From an uncultured Alphaproteobacteria bacterium (GTDB lineage Bacteria > Pseudomonadota > Alphaproteobacteria > RF32 > CAG-239), in contig CAJUCZ010000005.1 in the NCBI GenBank assembly GCA_910585375.1, positions 11,380 through 75,379 on the forward strand: DNA of 64,000 bases, given 5' to 3'. Made by a program: the position numbers and the translations under genes. The notes below the pieces were generated by a model. That model was given only the letters and a program-made list of their open reading frames with translations, ran no database searches and had not been told where the DNA came from. This document shows, one piece after another, positions 37,360 to 46,744 of the stretch (position 1 is its first letter; every line of letters begins with the position of its first letter).

Positions 37360-38634
37360 GTGTTAGAAGACGCAAACCTGACAGAAGAAGATGTAGAAAA
37401 AGGCAATGAACGGACATGGAGCTCATCCATGACCGTTGCCGGCACGGAATATGCGACGAGCCTCTTCTGGCAGCCGCTGCAAAACCGCGATGATCCGTAT
37501 CAGGAAGTTGAAGAAGCTTCTTCCGGAATTATGGAAGGCGCAGACTTGTTCTGTATCAAGCCAGGTAAAGCACCGCAGTTTGGTATTTGCGTATCGGAAG
37601 AAGGTTTTCGCAAAGGAATGGATGTTGCCGTTGTTGCTTTGGCAACGGCTTTGTCCGACAGGTCTTCTCTGGTTGCAGTTTTTAAGGTAGAAAACGGCTG
37701 GTGGTATGTTTGTATCAGAAACGATATTATTCTTTCTGACGGTGACATGCTGTTCCTTAATGAGGAAGATGCCAAAAGCCAGTTTGAATCGATGATGGCA
37801 GTTCCCGACTGGAGACGCAGGATCGCACCGCCGGAATGGGGATACGAAGACACAGAATATCCTGACCTTGAAAAGATTTTGGCCCGCGGCGGAAAAGCCA
37901 AGCTGAAAAAAATCAAGGCTTTGCGCGGAACAAAACTGATTTTGGTCATTGTTGTTTCGGTATCTGTCGGCTTTTACCTGCTTTCCAATATTTTATCCGA
38001 AATCTTTTTTGCGCCGCCCAAACGCCCTCCGGTCACGGTACCGATTGTACCTAAGGCCGCACCGGTACAGAAACTGCCGGAAATCAAACCTTGGGAAAAA
38101 GTAAAAGATCCGTTTCAGGTTATGACCGGTTGCCAAAATGCCGTGGTTAAGTTGTTGACGATTGTAACGCCGGGATGGGAAATCGGCCAGATAAAATGTT
38201 CGGACAGCAATGCCCAGACCGCATGGAGCAGAAAAGTCGGCCGCGTATCTTGGATAAAAAAAGCCTTGGAAGATTCCGGCGTTAAGTTCAGCGGTGTTTT
38301 ATATTCCGAAACAGGAGATCAGGCAACCGTATCGTTACAATTCGGACCGGTAGCGCAGAAAAAATCTCCCCCTGCTTATGCAACACAGCAGTTGAAACTG
38401 ATTTTAAATGACTTTTTTCAGGGAATCGGCCAAAAAATATCAATGACCAACTCGTCTTTTACTTCTCCTGAGCATAACGTTTACCGTTCGGTTGTTTTTA
38501 AGTTTTCATCGAAGTATAAACCGGTGGTCTGGCGGGATTTGTTAATGAAATTTTCAGGACTTGAGATTAAAAGTATAACTTATACACCATCGACAAAACA
38601 ATGGGATTATGAAGGAGCAATCTATGTGTTATAG
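37360..38634 (+). CDS. Bitopic inner-membrane protein (424 aa), PilO-like by position
   Basis: Cytoplasmic N-domain, one TM helix (LILVIVVSVSVGFYLLSNIL) and a periplasmic C-domain; matches the R64 pilO slot. Confidence 0.4.
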   Translation: MLEDANLTEEDVEKGNERTWSSSMTVAGTEYATSLFWQPLQNRDDPYQEVEEASSGIMEGADLFCIKPGKAPQFGICVSEEGFRKGMDVAVVALATALSDRSSLVAVFKVENGWWYVCIRNDIILSDGDMLFLNEEDAKSQFESMMAVPDWRRRIAPPEWGYEDTEYPDLEKILARGGKAKLKKIKALRGTKLILVIVVSVSVGFYLLSNILSEIFFAPPKRPPVTVPIVPKAAPVQKLPEIKPWEKVKDPFQVMTGCQNAVVKLLTIVTPGWEIGQIKCSDSNAQTAWSRKVGRVSWIKKALEDSGVKFSGVLYSETGDQATVSLQFGPVAQKKSPPAYATQQLKLILNDFFQGIGQKISMTNSSFTSPEHNVYRSVVFKFSSKYKPVVWRDLLMKFSGLEIKSITYTPSTKQWDYEGAIYVL

Positions 38635-40267
38635 TAAGAAAGATTTTAGCCGGAGGGCTTTGGCGGCGCTCATTTTGGGAATGATGTTTTCCGGAAATGC
38701 GATGGCAGCCGATAAAGACTCAGCCATAGATTTGGGATTTGACGACGAATTCGGCATATCTGCCGATGAGCTCGGCGGCTCTGCTGCTCCCAAACCCCAG
38801 CTCAGCATAGACAAAGACGGCAACAAAGGCGGGTTGTTGGCTCCGGCACACGGAATTGTCCCGAAGACGGGCGCTGCGCCGATTGTGCCGAAAACAGGTA
38901 TTGTTCCCAAGACCGGCGAAGCTCCCATTGTCCCTAAAACAGGTGCTTTGCCTAATGGCATCGTTCCCAAGACGGGTGCCGCGCCGATTGTGCCGAAAAC
39001 AGGCATTGTTCCCAAGACCGGCGAAGCTCCCATTGTCCCTAAAACAGGTGCTTTGCCTAATGGTATCGTTCCAAAGACGGGTGCCGCACCGGTTGTACCG
39101 AAAACAGGTATTGTTCCCAAGACCGGCGAAGCCCCCATTGTCCCTAAAACAGGTGCTTTGCCGAGCGGTGTTGTCCCGAAGACGGGTGCCGCACCGGGGG
39201 GTATTGTTCCCAAAACCGGAGGACTTTTGCCTCCGGAACAAGATGTCGCTCCCAGTCTGCCGCAGACAACCGCCGCAATGAACGTTTTGGATGAACTTGA
39301 TGATGAAGTTTTCTCCCAAATGACAGACATTGAAAAACAGACGGCAATTTTGTCATTGGAATTGCGCAGAGAAAAACTCAGAAATGAAATTGAAGCAATC
39401 AAGGCTCAGCGGCTGAAAGCTCAAAACGAAGTTTTTGAAAAAGAAGAAGCAGAAAAGCTTAAAAGACTGGAATGGGAAAAAGAGCAGGAACGCAAAATTA
39501 TTGAAGAGCAAGTCAAATTGCGCAAAGTTGAAATTGCTTATGAAAAAATGCGTCAGGAAGGCCTGTTGAATGCTTATAAAGAGCAGATGCTGAAAGAACA
39601 GCAGCGTTGGATTGAAAACAATGCCGGCATTTATGAGCGAATTGCCCATGAGAAAAAAGACCGTGAGGAATTTACCCAAAATGTTAAAGAAAGGCTGAGC
39701 CGACTGATGGATGCGTTGAATAAAGCCAATCAGATTGCAGAAACAGCCGTGGAAAACCACAAAAAAGAGGTTTCGGAACTGCAGACCCAGATTTCTATTT
39801 TGAAAGCCCGTCTGGAAGCCGAAAAGAAGACTAATCCGTTTGCTGACGGACAGGTTCCGGCCAATGCAGCAGCTGCAGAACAGGAAGAAGAAGACGAAGA
39901 GTTTAGAGTCAGCGACCTTTATGTGGTTATGGAAATTACCGGTCAGGGCGATGAACTGGTTGCCAAACTGATGAACCGCGATGGACAGACATTTTTGGCG
40001 AGAACAGGTACGATGTTGCAAACGGGCCAAAAAGTTGACCAGATTGCCACGACACACGTCCGTGTTGACAGAGGCGGCATTAAAGATTATCTATACTTCT
40101 CTGCCGGCGGCGTGATTGACAAAGAACCATTGAACGGTGCGGCAAAAGCTATTGAAAAAGAGGCCGAGGAAAAGAATAAAGAAAAAACGGCAACGGAAAA
40201 ACCCAAAAAATCGGTTGTTTCCAGCCGCGGGATTCCCGGCGTCAGCAAAGACATGATATTGAGGTAA
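38609..40267 (+). CDS. Secreted PKTG-repeat / coiled-coil protein (552 aa), PilP-like by position
   Basis: Signal peptide (NAMAADKD), about 12 xxVPKTG repeats, a long coiled coil and a C-terminal globular domain. Confidence 0.45.
   Translation: MKEQSMCYSKKDFSRRALAALILGMMFSGNAMAADKDSAIDLGFDDEFGISADELGGSAAPKPQLSIDKDGNKGGLLAPAHGIVPKTGAAPIVPKTGIVPKTGEAPIVPKTGALPNGIVPKTGAAPIVPKTGIVPKTGEAPIVPKTGALPNGIVPKTGAAPVVPKTGIVPKTGEAPIVPKTGALPSGVVPKTGAAPGGIVPKTGGLLPPEQDVAPSLPQTTAAMNVLDELDDEVFSQMTDIEKQTAILSLELRREKLRNEIEAIKAQRLKAQNEVFEKEEAEKLKRLEWEKEQERKIIEEQVKLRKVEIAYEKMRQEGLLNAYKEQMLKEQQRWIENNAGIYERIAHEKKDREEFTQNVKERLSRLMDALNKANQIAETAVENHKKEVSELQTQISILKARLEAEKKTNPFADGQVPANAAAAEQEEEDEEFRVSDLYVVMEITGQGDELVAKLMNRDGQTFLARTGTMLQTGQKVDQIATTHVRVDRGGIKDYLYFSAGGVIDKEPLNGAAKAIEKEAEEKNKEKTATEKPKKSVVSSRGIPGVSKDMILR
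38851..39240 (+). repeat. Three tandem ~129-bp in-frame DNA repeats encoding G(I/V)VPKTGAAPIVPKTGIVPKTGEAPIVPKTGALPN
   Basis: Near-identical 129-bp units are visible directly in the nucleotide sequence. Confidence 0.7.
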
Positions 40268-40276
40268 CCTGAAAAA

Positions 40277-41950
40277 ATGGCAGAAGAGGATGAAGGTTTA
40301 AGCTCCCAAACTCCCGAGAAAGTAGTCTCCAGCGGCGGCGTTATCGAAGAAGAAACTGGCAGAAGAACCGGAAAACGGGTTGAAGACTATTTTCCTCAGG
40401 GCGTTACTCTTCTGACACTTCCGAACAGCGAAGACTTTATCATTAACGATGACACACGCCGCTTGCTGGCTTTGTTCTCAAACGGGCTGTTTCTTGTGTC
40501 GGAAACACATAAGTTTGACGGACGCGTTCTAAGCTTTGAGGTCTTGGCCCGCAAGAAAAAAGTTGTTATCAACAAACCGACATATGTTTCCCAAAACGAG
40601 TTGAACGCCATTTATACTTATGGCGAGCGTGCCGCCAATGTGGCAGCGGAAGAGGCCGATACGGTCGATTTGACCGCCGACCAGATGCAAATGCAAAAAG
40701 ACTTTGTGCAGGTGGTTGAACGCGCCGCACTCTTAAAGGTGTCGGATATTCATATTGTGGTGGCGGACAGTACGCAGATTTTGTTCCGTATCAACGGTAT
40801 GATGCAGACAATGATGGAATATAACAAAGACTGGGGCGAGGCTTTTGTGCGGGCAGCGTTTGCGTCTTCAGACATTTCCGATGCAAACTATACGCAAAAT
40901 GAATTTCAGGCAGCACAAAAACTTGGTTCGACACCGTTGCGCGGTTCTAAGGGCAAACTGATGTTGCCGCACAATGTGTTGGCTATCCGTTTGCAATTTA
41001 ACCCGATTGCTTTCGGATCGCAATATCTGGTTATGCGTTTGTTGTATGCCGATGACAATCCTGACGGTTCCGGCGACTTGCAGGCTTTGGGTTTTGGAGA
41101 ATATGAAGAAAACCTGTTTTACCGGCTGCGCGCCGTGCCGGTAGGCATTTCCATTATTGCGGGTCCGACAGGTTCCGGAAAATCGACCACACTGCAAAGA
41201 AACATGATTAAGCTTTTGCAGGAAAAAAATTATGAAATTAACCTCCTGACCGTGGAAGACCCGCCAGAATACCCCATTCCGGGGGCGCGTCAGATGCCGG
41301 TAACCAACGCCAACACTGAAGAAGAAAAAGACGAACAGTTCAACAAAGCGCTTGCCGCCGCTCTGCGTTCCGACCCTGACGTTATTATGGTGGGCGAGGT
41401 GCGAACATTGGCTGCGGCACAACTGGCTTTTAAAGGCGCATTGTCCGGACACGGAATGTGGACGACCCTGCACGCCAACTCGGCGCCGGCGATTATCACG
41501 CGTCTGATGGATATGGGCGTAGAACCGTTTAAGCTGACCGATCCTGAAATTATGAAGGGACTGATTTCGCAACGTTTGTTTCGCAAACTTTGTCCGCACT
41601 GCCGTGTTTCTGTAAAAGAAAAGCTTGACCAACCTTCGGTAAAGCGGTTAAAAACCGCTTTGGGCGATTTCGGAATTGAAAATACATACATTCGAGGGCC
41701 GGGTTGCAAATATTGCGGCAATCAAGGGGTTAAAGGCCGGATGAGCGTGCCGGAGATTATTCTGCCGGACGCGACTTTTCTGGAGCTGATGACAACCGGC
41801 GAAACCAGAAAGGCCATTGACTACTGGACAGGAGATTTAGGCGGCAGAACACTGCGTGACGCCGCGATTGAGCGTATGCTCAAAGGATATTTGGATTTGG
41901 AAGAAATCGAGCGTTGGTGCGGTTTGCTTGACCAACGTCCGTCATATTAA
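40277..41950 (+). CDS. GspE/PilB-family assembly ATPase (PilQ-like, 557 aa)
   Basis: Walker A (IIAGPTGSGKSTTL), Asp box and Walker B (DPDVIMVGEVR), His box (GHGMWTTLHANSA) and a tetracysteine CPHC...CKYC zinc motif. Confidence 0.85.
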   Translation: MAEEDEGLSSQTPEKVVSSGGVIEEETGRRTGKRVEDYFPQGVTLLTLPNSEDFIINDDTRRLLALFSNGLFLVSETHKFDGRVLSFEVLARKKKVVINKPTYVSQNELNAIYTYGERAANVAAEEADTVDLTADQMQMQKDFVQVVERAALLKVSDIHIVVADSTQILFRINGMMQTMMEYNKDWGEAFVRAAFASSDISDANYTQNEFQAAQKLGSTPLRGSKGKLMLPHNVLAIRLQFNPIAFGSQYLVMRLLYADDNPDGSGDLQALGFGEYEENLFYRLRAVPVGISIIAGPTGSGKSTTLQRNMIKLLQEKNYEINLLTVEDPPEYPIPGARQMPVTNANTEEEKDEQFNKALAAALRSDPDVIMVGEVRTLAAAQLAFKGALSGHGMWTTLHANSAPAIITRLMDMGVEPFKLTDPEIMKGLISQRLFRKLCPHCRVSVKEKLDQPSVKRLKTALGDFGIENTYIRGPGCKYCGNQGVKGRMSVPEIILPDATFLELMTTGETRKAIDYWTGDLGGRTLRDAAIERMLKGYLDLEEIERWCGLLDQRPSY

Positions 41951-41968
41951 AAAACGGAGTTTGAAATT

Positions 41969-43093
41969 ATGGCAAGAGATGACAGAAGATCTGCTTCATT
42001 ACAAAAGGCGATGAAGCGCCTGAATGCCGTTGAGGTGCAATATGCCAGGCTGGTCGTTAACATGTCCAACAACGCACGGCTGAAACTTTATCGCAAAATC
42101 GCCTCGCTGATGCGCAACCGCTTTTCTCTGATGGATGCGCTTGACCGTTTGCATGACGGCATTTCCAATGGCGGAAAAAACGCCGGTGAGCCTTTTGCCA
42201 TTGCCATTGTCGAATGGTCAAAAAAGCTGCAAAACGGTATTCCGTTTTCCGATGCGCTGAAAGGCTGGGCGCCCGACCGCGAAAGGCTGATGCTTTCGGT
42301 CGGTGACGTTTCTGACTTGGAAATGGCGTTATTAAACCTTATCCGCGTGACTGAAGGGTCTGCAAAGATGGTGCGTCCGATTATCGGCGCGGTTACTTAT
42401 CCGAGCTTTTTGTTTATGATGGCGGTTCTGATTATCTATGCCATCGGCGCCTATATGGTGCCGCCGATGATTGACGCCGCGCCGGACGTGGTCTGGACAG
42501 GTTTGGCCAGGGATTTGGTTGACGTTTCATATTGGATTAAAGACTACTGGATTGTCGCGTTTTCGGCGCTGCCGATTATTATGATTGTGATTTACGGAAC
42601 CATCGGAATTTGGACCGGTCCGATACGGGCGATTTTTGACAAATTGCCGCCGTGGTCCCTGTATAAAGTTTTTACCGGCATCAGCTGGCTTTTGGCGCTT
42701 TCAGCTCTGGTAAAAGGCGGAACGCCGGTTTCTAATGCCCTCAGGGCTTTGCGAAGGGATTCCAGCCGTTATCTGAAAGAACGCATTGACAAGACGCTGG
42801 TTTACATTAACGCCGGTGAAAACCTCGGACAAGCTTTGGCCAAAACAAATCTGGACTTTCCGGATGTTGAGATTATCGGCGACCTCAAGATTTATTCCGA
42901 GTTGGACAACTTTGAAGAGGCTTTGGAAAAACTGGCTAACGACTGGCTGGATGAAAGTGTGTACTTGATTGAACAAAAAGCCTCAATCTTAAACATGGTG
43001 GCGCTGTTGTCTATCGGCGGCGTTATCGCCTGGGCAGTTATGGGTACCTTTGAAATGCAAGACCAGATTACCAGCAACATGGGTCGCGGCTAA
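41969..43093 (+). CDS. GspF/PilC-family platform protein (PilR-like, 374 aa)
   Basis: Three hydrophobic helices alternating with two cytoplasmic T2SSF-like domains; follows the ATPase. Confidence 0.75.
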   Translation: MARDDRRSASLQKAMKRLNAVEVQYARLVVNMSNNARLKLYRKIASLMRNRFSLMDALDRLHDGISNGGKNAGEPFAIAIVEWSKKLQNGIPFSDALKGWAPDRERLMLSVGDVSDLEMALLNLIRVTEGSAKMVRPIIGAVTYPSFLFMMAVLIIYAIGAYMVPPMIDAAPDVVWTGLARDLVDVSYWIKDYWIVAFSALPIIMIVIYGTIGIWTGPIRAIFDKLPPWSLYKVFTGISWLLALSALVKGGTPVSNALRALRRDSSRYLKERIDKTLVYINAGENLGQALAKTNLDFPDVEIIGDLKIYSELDNFEEALEKLANDWLDESVYLIEQKASILNMVALLSIGGVIAWAVMGTFEMQDQITSNMGRG

Positions 43094-43110
43094 CCCGCCG
43101 CCGAATGTCG

Positions 43111-43358
43111 GCCTGCACGGCAGGCGCGCGGCGCACCCAGCGGGTGAGGCGTCAGTTTGTCAGTGCCTTAGAACCGCGGCCTAACGTTGGCAGCGATCAG
43201 CTTATGCGGTGCCATGAGACCCGCGATACTATGGCGGGGATGTGATTAAGAAAGTGCTTTGAAGAAGAAGCACTGTCATTTTGAGTGCAACGAAGAATCC
43301 AGTTGATTAATAAGGCTAATTTGTTTGACTGGATCCTTCGCTTCGCTCAGGATGACGG
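43111..43358. repeat. Dispersed palindromic repeat element, copy B
   Basis: Long stretches are identical or near-identical to copy A, including the palindrome CTGTCATTTTGAGTGCAACGAAGAATCCAGTTGATTAATAAGGCTAATTTGTTTGACTGGATCCTTCGCTTCGCTCAGGATGAC; followed by a purine-rich tail (43359-43470). Confidence 0.7.
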
Positions 43359-43473
43359 AGAAAAAGAAAAGAGGATGACGAAAAAAGAGACTCCGGACAA
43401 CAGAGAAAGAGATATAGGCTGACAGATAAAAAATGAAAAACAACTTAAAAACATAACAAAAAAGAGAGGAAAA

Positions 43474-44034
43474 ATGGTAAGTTTATCAGAAAAATTCAAA
43501 AAAATCTCACTGCAAAGGTGGATTTTATCAATTCTGATTATCATCGGCCTTATCGGTTTGATTATGATGACCTTTAAAACCAATCCGAAAATTGTTAAAG
43601 CTGCACAACAAGTTCCGCAACTGGCCGCGTCCATCCGTCAAAAATTTCAGGTTCGGAGCGATTACCGCGGCCTGAACACGGCAGAAGTTCTTAAGTTGAA
43701 AGCTGCGCCGACAGACATGATTGCCGGAAACGGTTTGATGAATGCCCTTGACCTGCCGGTTTTGGTCGGCAACGGTGCAGACGCTACGGCGCTGATGCCG
43801 GGGGCAAGGCGTTTTAATATTGTATATAAAGGGCTGGACAAAAGCGAATGCACCGGTATTGTCTCTTATAACAGCAGTGAAAAAGATCAGCTTGGCCTGA
43901 ATGACATTGTTATCTTATCCGAAAAAGCAGAAAAGACTTACAGCTGGGGCGGAGAAAATCCCTTGCCGGTCAGTCTTTCCGAGGCTAAAAGCAGCTGTGG
44001 CAAAGACAATATCTTAATCTTTGGTTATGAATAA
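43474..44034 (+). CDS. Pilin-like paralog A (186 aa)
   Basis: N-terminal hydrophobic helix (WILSILIIIGLIGLIMM); C-terminal domain shares the IVYKGLDKSECTG motif with the other two pilin genes. Confidence 0.5.
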   Translation: MVSLSEKFKKISLQRWILSILIIIGLIGLIMMTFKTNPKIVKAAQQVPQLAASIRQKFQVRSDYRGLNTAEVLKLKAAPTDMIAGNGLMNALDLPVLVGNGADATALMPGARRFNIVYKGLDKSECTGIVSYNSSEKDQLGLNDIVILSEKAEKTYSWGGENPLPVSLSEAKSSCGKDNILIFGYE

Positions 44035-44140
44035 AACGGGGATATTTAAGTTTTTTTAACAAATAAGTTATATAACCGATATATGACGAAAGTAATAATG
44101 CCTTGGCAAAGTTATATATTTTTTATGACTAAAGTTAAAA

Positions 44141-44169
44141 TTGAATAAAAGTGATAATTTTGCTAAGAT
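44141..44169 (+). promoter_or_regulatory. Candidate sigma70 promoter (TTGAAT-17 nt-TAAGAT) for the major prepilin gene
   Basis: Near-consensus -35 and -10 boxes with a 17-nt spacer, 38 nt upstream of the ATG; GAGGAG ribosome-binding site at 44194. Confidence 0.45.
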
Positions 44170-44206
44170 GAAATCATAAACAGAACGTATTTCGAGGAGA
44201 TGTGTC

Positions 44207-44803
44207 ATGAGAAAGTTTATGAATAGTGAGCAGAGCGGCCGTTCAATGGTCGAGATGCTCGGTGTGCTGGCGATTATCGGCGTACTGTCCGTAGGCGGTA
44301 TTTCCGGTTATTCAAAAGCAATGGCGAAATTTAAAATGTCCAAGGCAATGGATCAGATGTCCATGCTGGTGGCCAATATCCGTACGACCTATGCTTCTAT
44401 GGCGACTTATAGTGGTTTGAATACTAAAGCGGCTCGTGATTATGGTTTGGCCTCCAGAGATATGTACAGTACTGTTGCTGACCATTTAGTTAATGCTTTT
44501 GGTGGTGACGTTTTTGTTTCTGCTATTCCAAATCCGAACTCCGATGTTGCAGCTACAGGATTTGCGATTGTTTATAACGGCTTGGATAAGGAAGCCTGCA
44601 TGGGTCTGGCGACTGCCGACTGGGGTTCTGCCGGTTTGATCGGAATTAGCATTTCTAACGCCAAGGTTGCAGAAGAACCAGATGCTGTGGCAGCAGGTTA
44701 TATAACAACGGCTAACATGCCGGTTAGTTTGGCAACTGCTGCAGCTGATGGGGCATGTAGTGCAGATACGGCAGTAAATTCTATCAGTTGGTATTATTAC
44801 TAA
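44207..44803 (+). CDS. Type IVb prepilin (PilS-like, 198 aa), likely the major pilin
   Basis: Leader MRKFMNSEQSG followed by RSMVEMLGVLAIIGVLSVGGISGY (Glu at +5, hydrophobic N-terminal helix); own promoter and terminator. Confidence 0.75.
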   Translation: MRKFMNSEQSGRSMVEMLGVLAIIGVLSVGGISGYSKAMAKFKMSKAMDQMSMLVANIRTTYASMATYSGLNTKAARDYGLASRDMYSTVADHLVNAFGGDVFVSAIPNPNSDVAATGFAIVYNGLDKEACMGLATADWGSAGLIGISISNAKVAEEPDAVAAGYITTANMPVSLATAAADGACSADTAVNSISWYYY

Positions 44804-44822
44804 GATATAATGGCACATCAGG

Positions 44823-44866
44823 CAAAAGCGCTTTGGCAGAAAACCAAAGCGCTTTTGTTGTTTTAT
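44823..44866 (+). terminator. Rho-independent terminator (AAAGCGCTTTGG-loop-CCAAAGCGCTTT followed by a T-rich tail)
   Basis: 12-bp inverted repeat followed by TGTTGTTTTATGTTT. Confidence 0.55.
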
Positions 44867-45090
44867 GTTTCCGAGACTTTTTGTTCTATAGTCATCCCCT
44901 GGAATGACTATATAGACAGCCTGAAAATAACTATAAAGCAGAGAAGATAACAAAGAGAAAAAAGAGGAAAGTAAAAACGTTTAATTATATAAAATGCAAT
45001 TTTATTATTTTTGTAAAATATATTTTACACTTTTAAATATGACAAAGTTGCTAATGTTCTTAACTTGAAAGTTACCATTACATTATATAG

Positions 45091-45717
45091 TTGGAAGAAA
45101 CAGACAGCATTGCCAACAACAAAACGGAGAAGAAGATGAGAAAGAAAGGTTATTTTGCTGACAAAAAGCACAGGCTGATTGCCGAACTGGTCGGGATTCC
45201 GGTTTTGGCGCTGGTAATTTATCTTATGATTTCTTCTTCGTTCAACAGTTCTGCCGAAAAGTTCAAGTTGTCAAAAGCCATTGAGAACTTGCAAACATTG
45301 AGCAACAATATTCACACGGCTTATGCCGCCACACCGGACTATTCCGGCATGGATATTGATTCTTTACGGGCGACAGCCCTAATTCCGGCCGATATGCTCG
45401 ACAAAGACGGCAACGTGACAAATTCTTACGGCGGTTCGGTCTTTATTGCGCCTACAAAATACCTGAATGTGGATAACGGCGCTTTTGCAATTATTTATAA
45501 CGGACTGAGCAAGAAAGGCTGCGTTTCTTTGTTGTCTACGCCGTTTCAACTGGCAGGTATTGCCGGTGTGGACATCAAGCCGATTGAAACAGACATTCCG
45601 CAGACGGCAGAAACTAAATTTGACAAGTCCGCCCTGCCGATGTCAGAGGAACTGGCAAACACGCTCTGCGAGGCAGAAAACGACCCTACCAACGCCATCA
45701 TCTGGATGTTTTATTAG
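45091..45717 (+). CDS. Pilin-like paralog C (208 aa)
   Basis: Hydrophobic helix (LIAELVGIPVLALVIYLMI) and C-terminal domain with IIYNGLSKKGCVS, as in paralogs A and B. Confidence 0.5.
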   Translation: MEETDSIANNKTEKKMRKKGYFADKKHRLIAELVGIPVLALVIYLMISSSFNSSAEKFKLSKAIENLQTLSNNIHTAYAATPDYSGMDIDSLRATALIPADMLDKDGNVTNSYGGSVFIAPTKYLNVDNGAFAIIYNGLSKKGCVSLLSTPFQLAGIAGVDIKPIETDIPQTAETKFDKSALPMSEELANTLCEAENDPTNAIIWMFY

Positions 45718-45718
45718 T

Positions 45719-46681
45719 TTAATATTCCTGAAACAGGCTCATGCCGCGGGCAAGGCGGGTCATTTGGGTTTCAATTGACGTACCAAGGTTTAACTTGCCG
45801 CTTTTGATAATGCCGCGCACCTGATCGCCGTGGGAAGAGTTCGGGTTGGCAAAGAGGTAGGTCGCTACCGGTTTTTTTACGCTCGTGCCCATTAATCCCT
45901 GATGCAATACGCCGATAATACCACGGGAGAACAAGTCATAGGCCAACTCTTCGCTCATTGACGTAGAGGCGGCGTATTTAACAACAGAATAAATCGCATC
46001 GGTAATGTTATTGGCGTGAATGGTCGAAAGCACCAAGTGGCCGGAAGTGGCAGCGCGCAAGACCTCGCTGGCGGTATCGGGTGTTCTGATCTCTCCTACC
46101 AGAATATAGTTTGGTTTTGAGCGCAATGCCGATTTTAACGAAGCCCCCCAGTCATCATTCTGAGGCTGCGTCTGTTTGCACAAGCCCAAGCCGCCTTTGG
46201 TGGATTTGTAAATCCCGTCCAGAGGCATTTCGGTCGGGTCTTCAATGGTATAAGCAAAGCCGCCTTCAATTGCCAAAAACTCTTTCAACAGCGAAGAAAT
46301 GGCCGTGGTTTTGCCGGCGCCGGTCGGACCTGACCACAGAATAAGACCGGAAGCGTTTGACAATGACAGCAGGAACTTGGTTAATTCATGCGGAAAACCC
46401 AGACTGCCGAAAGGCGGGACTTTCTCCGGCATTTTACGGGCACAATATTGTGTACCGTACAGGCTTTCGGTTCGCTCAACACGGTAAAAAATGTTTTCAT
46501 AAAGCAAGGAATAAGACGGGTTATGGCCGTCCCATTTTTCTTCCAGCCGTTTATAAAAAATGTCAAAATCTTCGGCATCCAAAATTGTCAGGCCGTTTTT
46601 GGTCTGTCCGTCCGGAATGAACGCAATCCGATCCGGCGTGATGTAAATGTCCGAAAATTTGACGTCATTGATTTTTACCAT
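45719..46681 (-). CDS. pilT: PilT/PilU-family hexameric ATPase (320 aa)
   Basis: Walker A (WSGPTGAGKTTAI), YTIEDPTE, Walker B and Asp box (ILVGEIRTPDT), His box (GHLVLSTIHANN); the length is typical of PilT. DotB-like is an alternative. Confidence 0.75.
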   Translation of the reverse strand: MVKINDVKFSDIYITPDRIAFIPDGQTKNGLTILDAEDFDIFYKRLEEKWDGHNPSYSLLYENIFYRVERTESLYGTQYCARKMPEKVPPFGSLGFPHELTKFLLSLSNASGLILWSGPTGAGKTTAISSLLKEFLAIEGGFAYTIEDPTEMPLDGIYKSTKGGLGLCKQTQPQNDDWGASLKSALRSKPNYILVGEIRTPDTASEVLRAATSGHLVLSTIHANNITDAIYSVVKYAASTSMSEELAYDLFSRGIIGVLHQGLMGTSVKKPVATYLFANPNSSHGDQVRGIIKSGKLNLGTSIETQMTRLARGMSLFQEY

Positions 46682-46744
46682 ATCTGCCTGCCTTTTATAT
46701 TGTGTTTTTCCCTTTATTATACGCGGCAGAGCGTAAATTTATGG

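Noticed and set aside
38851-39240. Possible CRISPR array
   Set aside because: The repeats are 129-bp in-frame coding units with no unique spacers, and a near-identical protein repeat is translated from them. No cas genes are present.
45719-46681. Annotating the 320-aa ATPase as the missing YejF ABC ATPase
   Set aside because: The sequence has PilT/GspE-family motifs (GPTGAGKTT, IEDPTE, GHLVLSTIHANN) and none of the ABC signature (LSGGQ) or Q-loop motifs.
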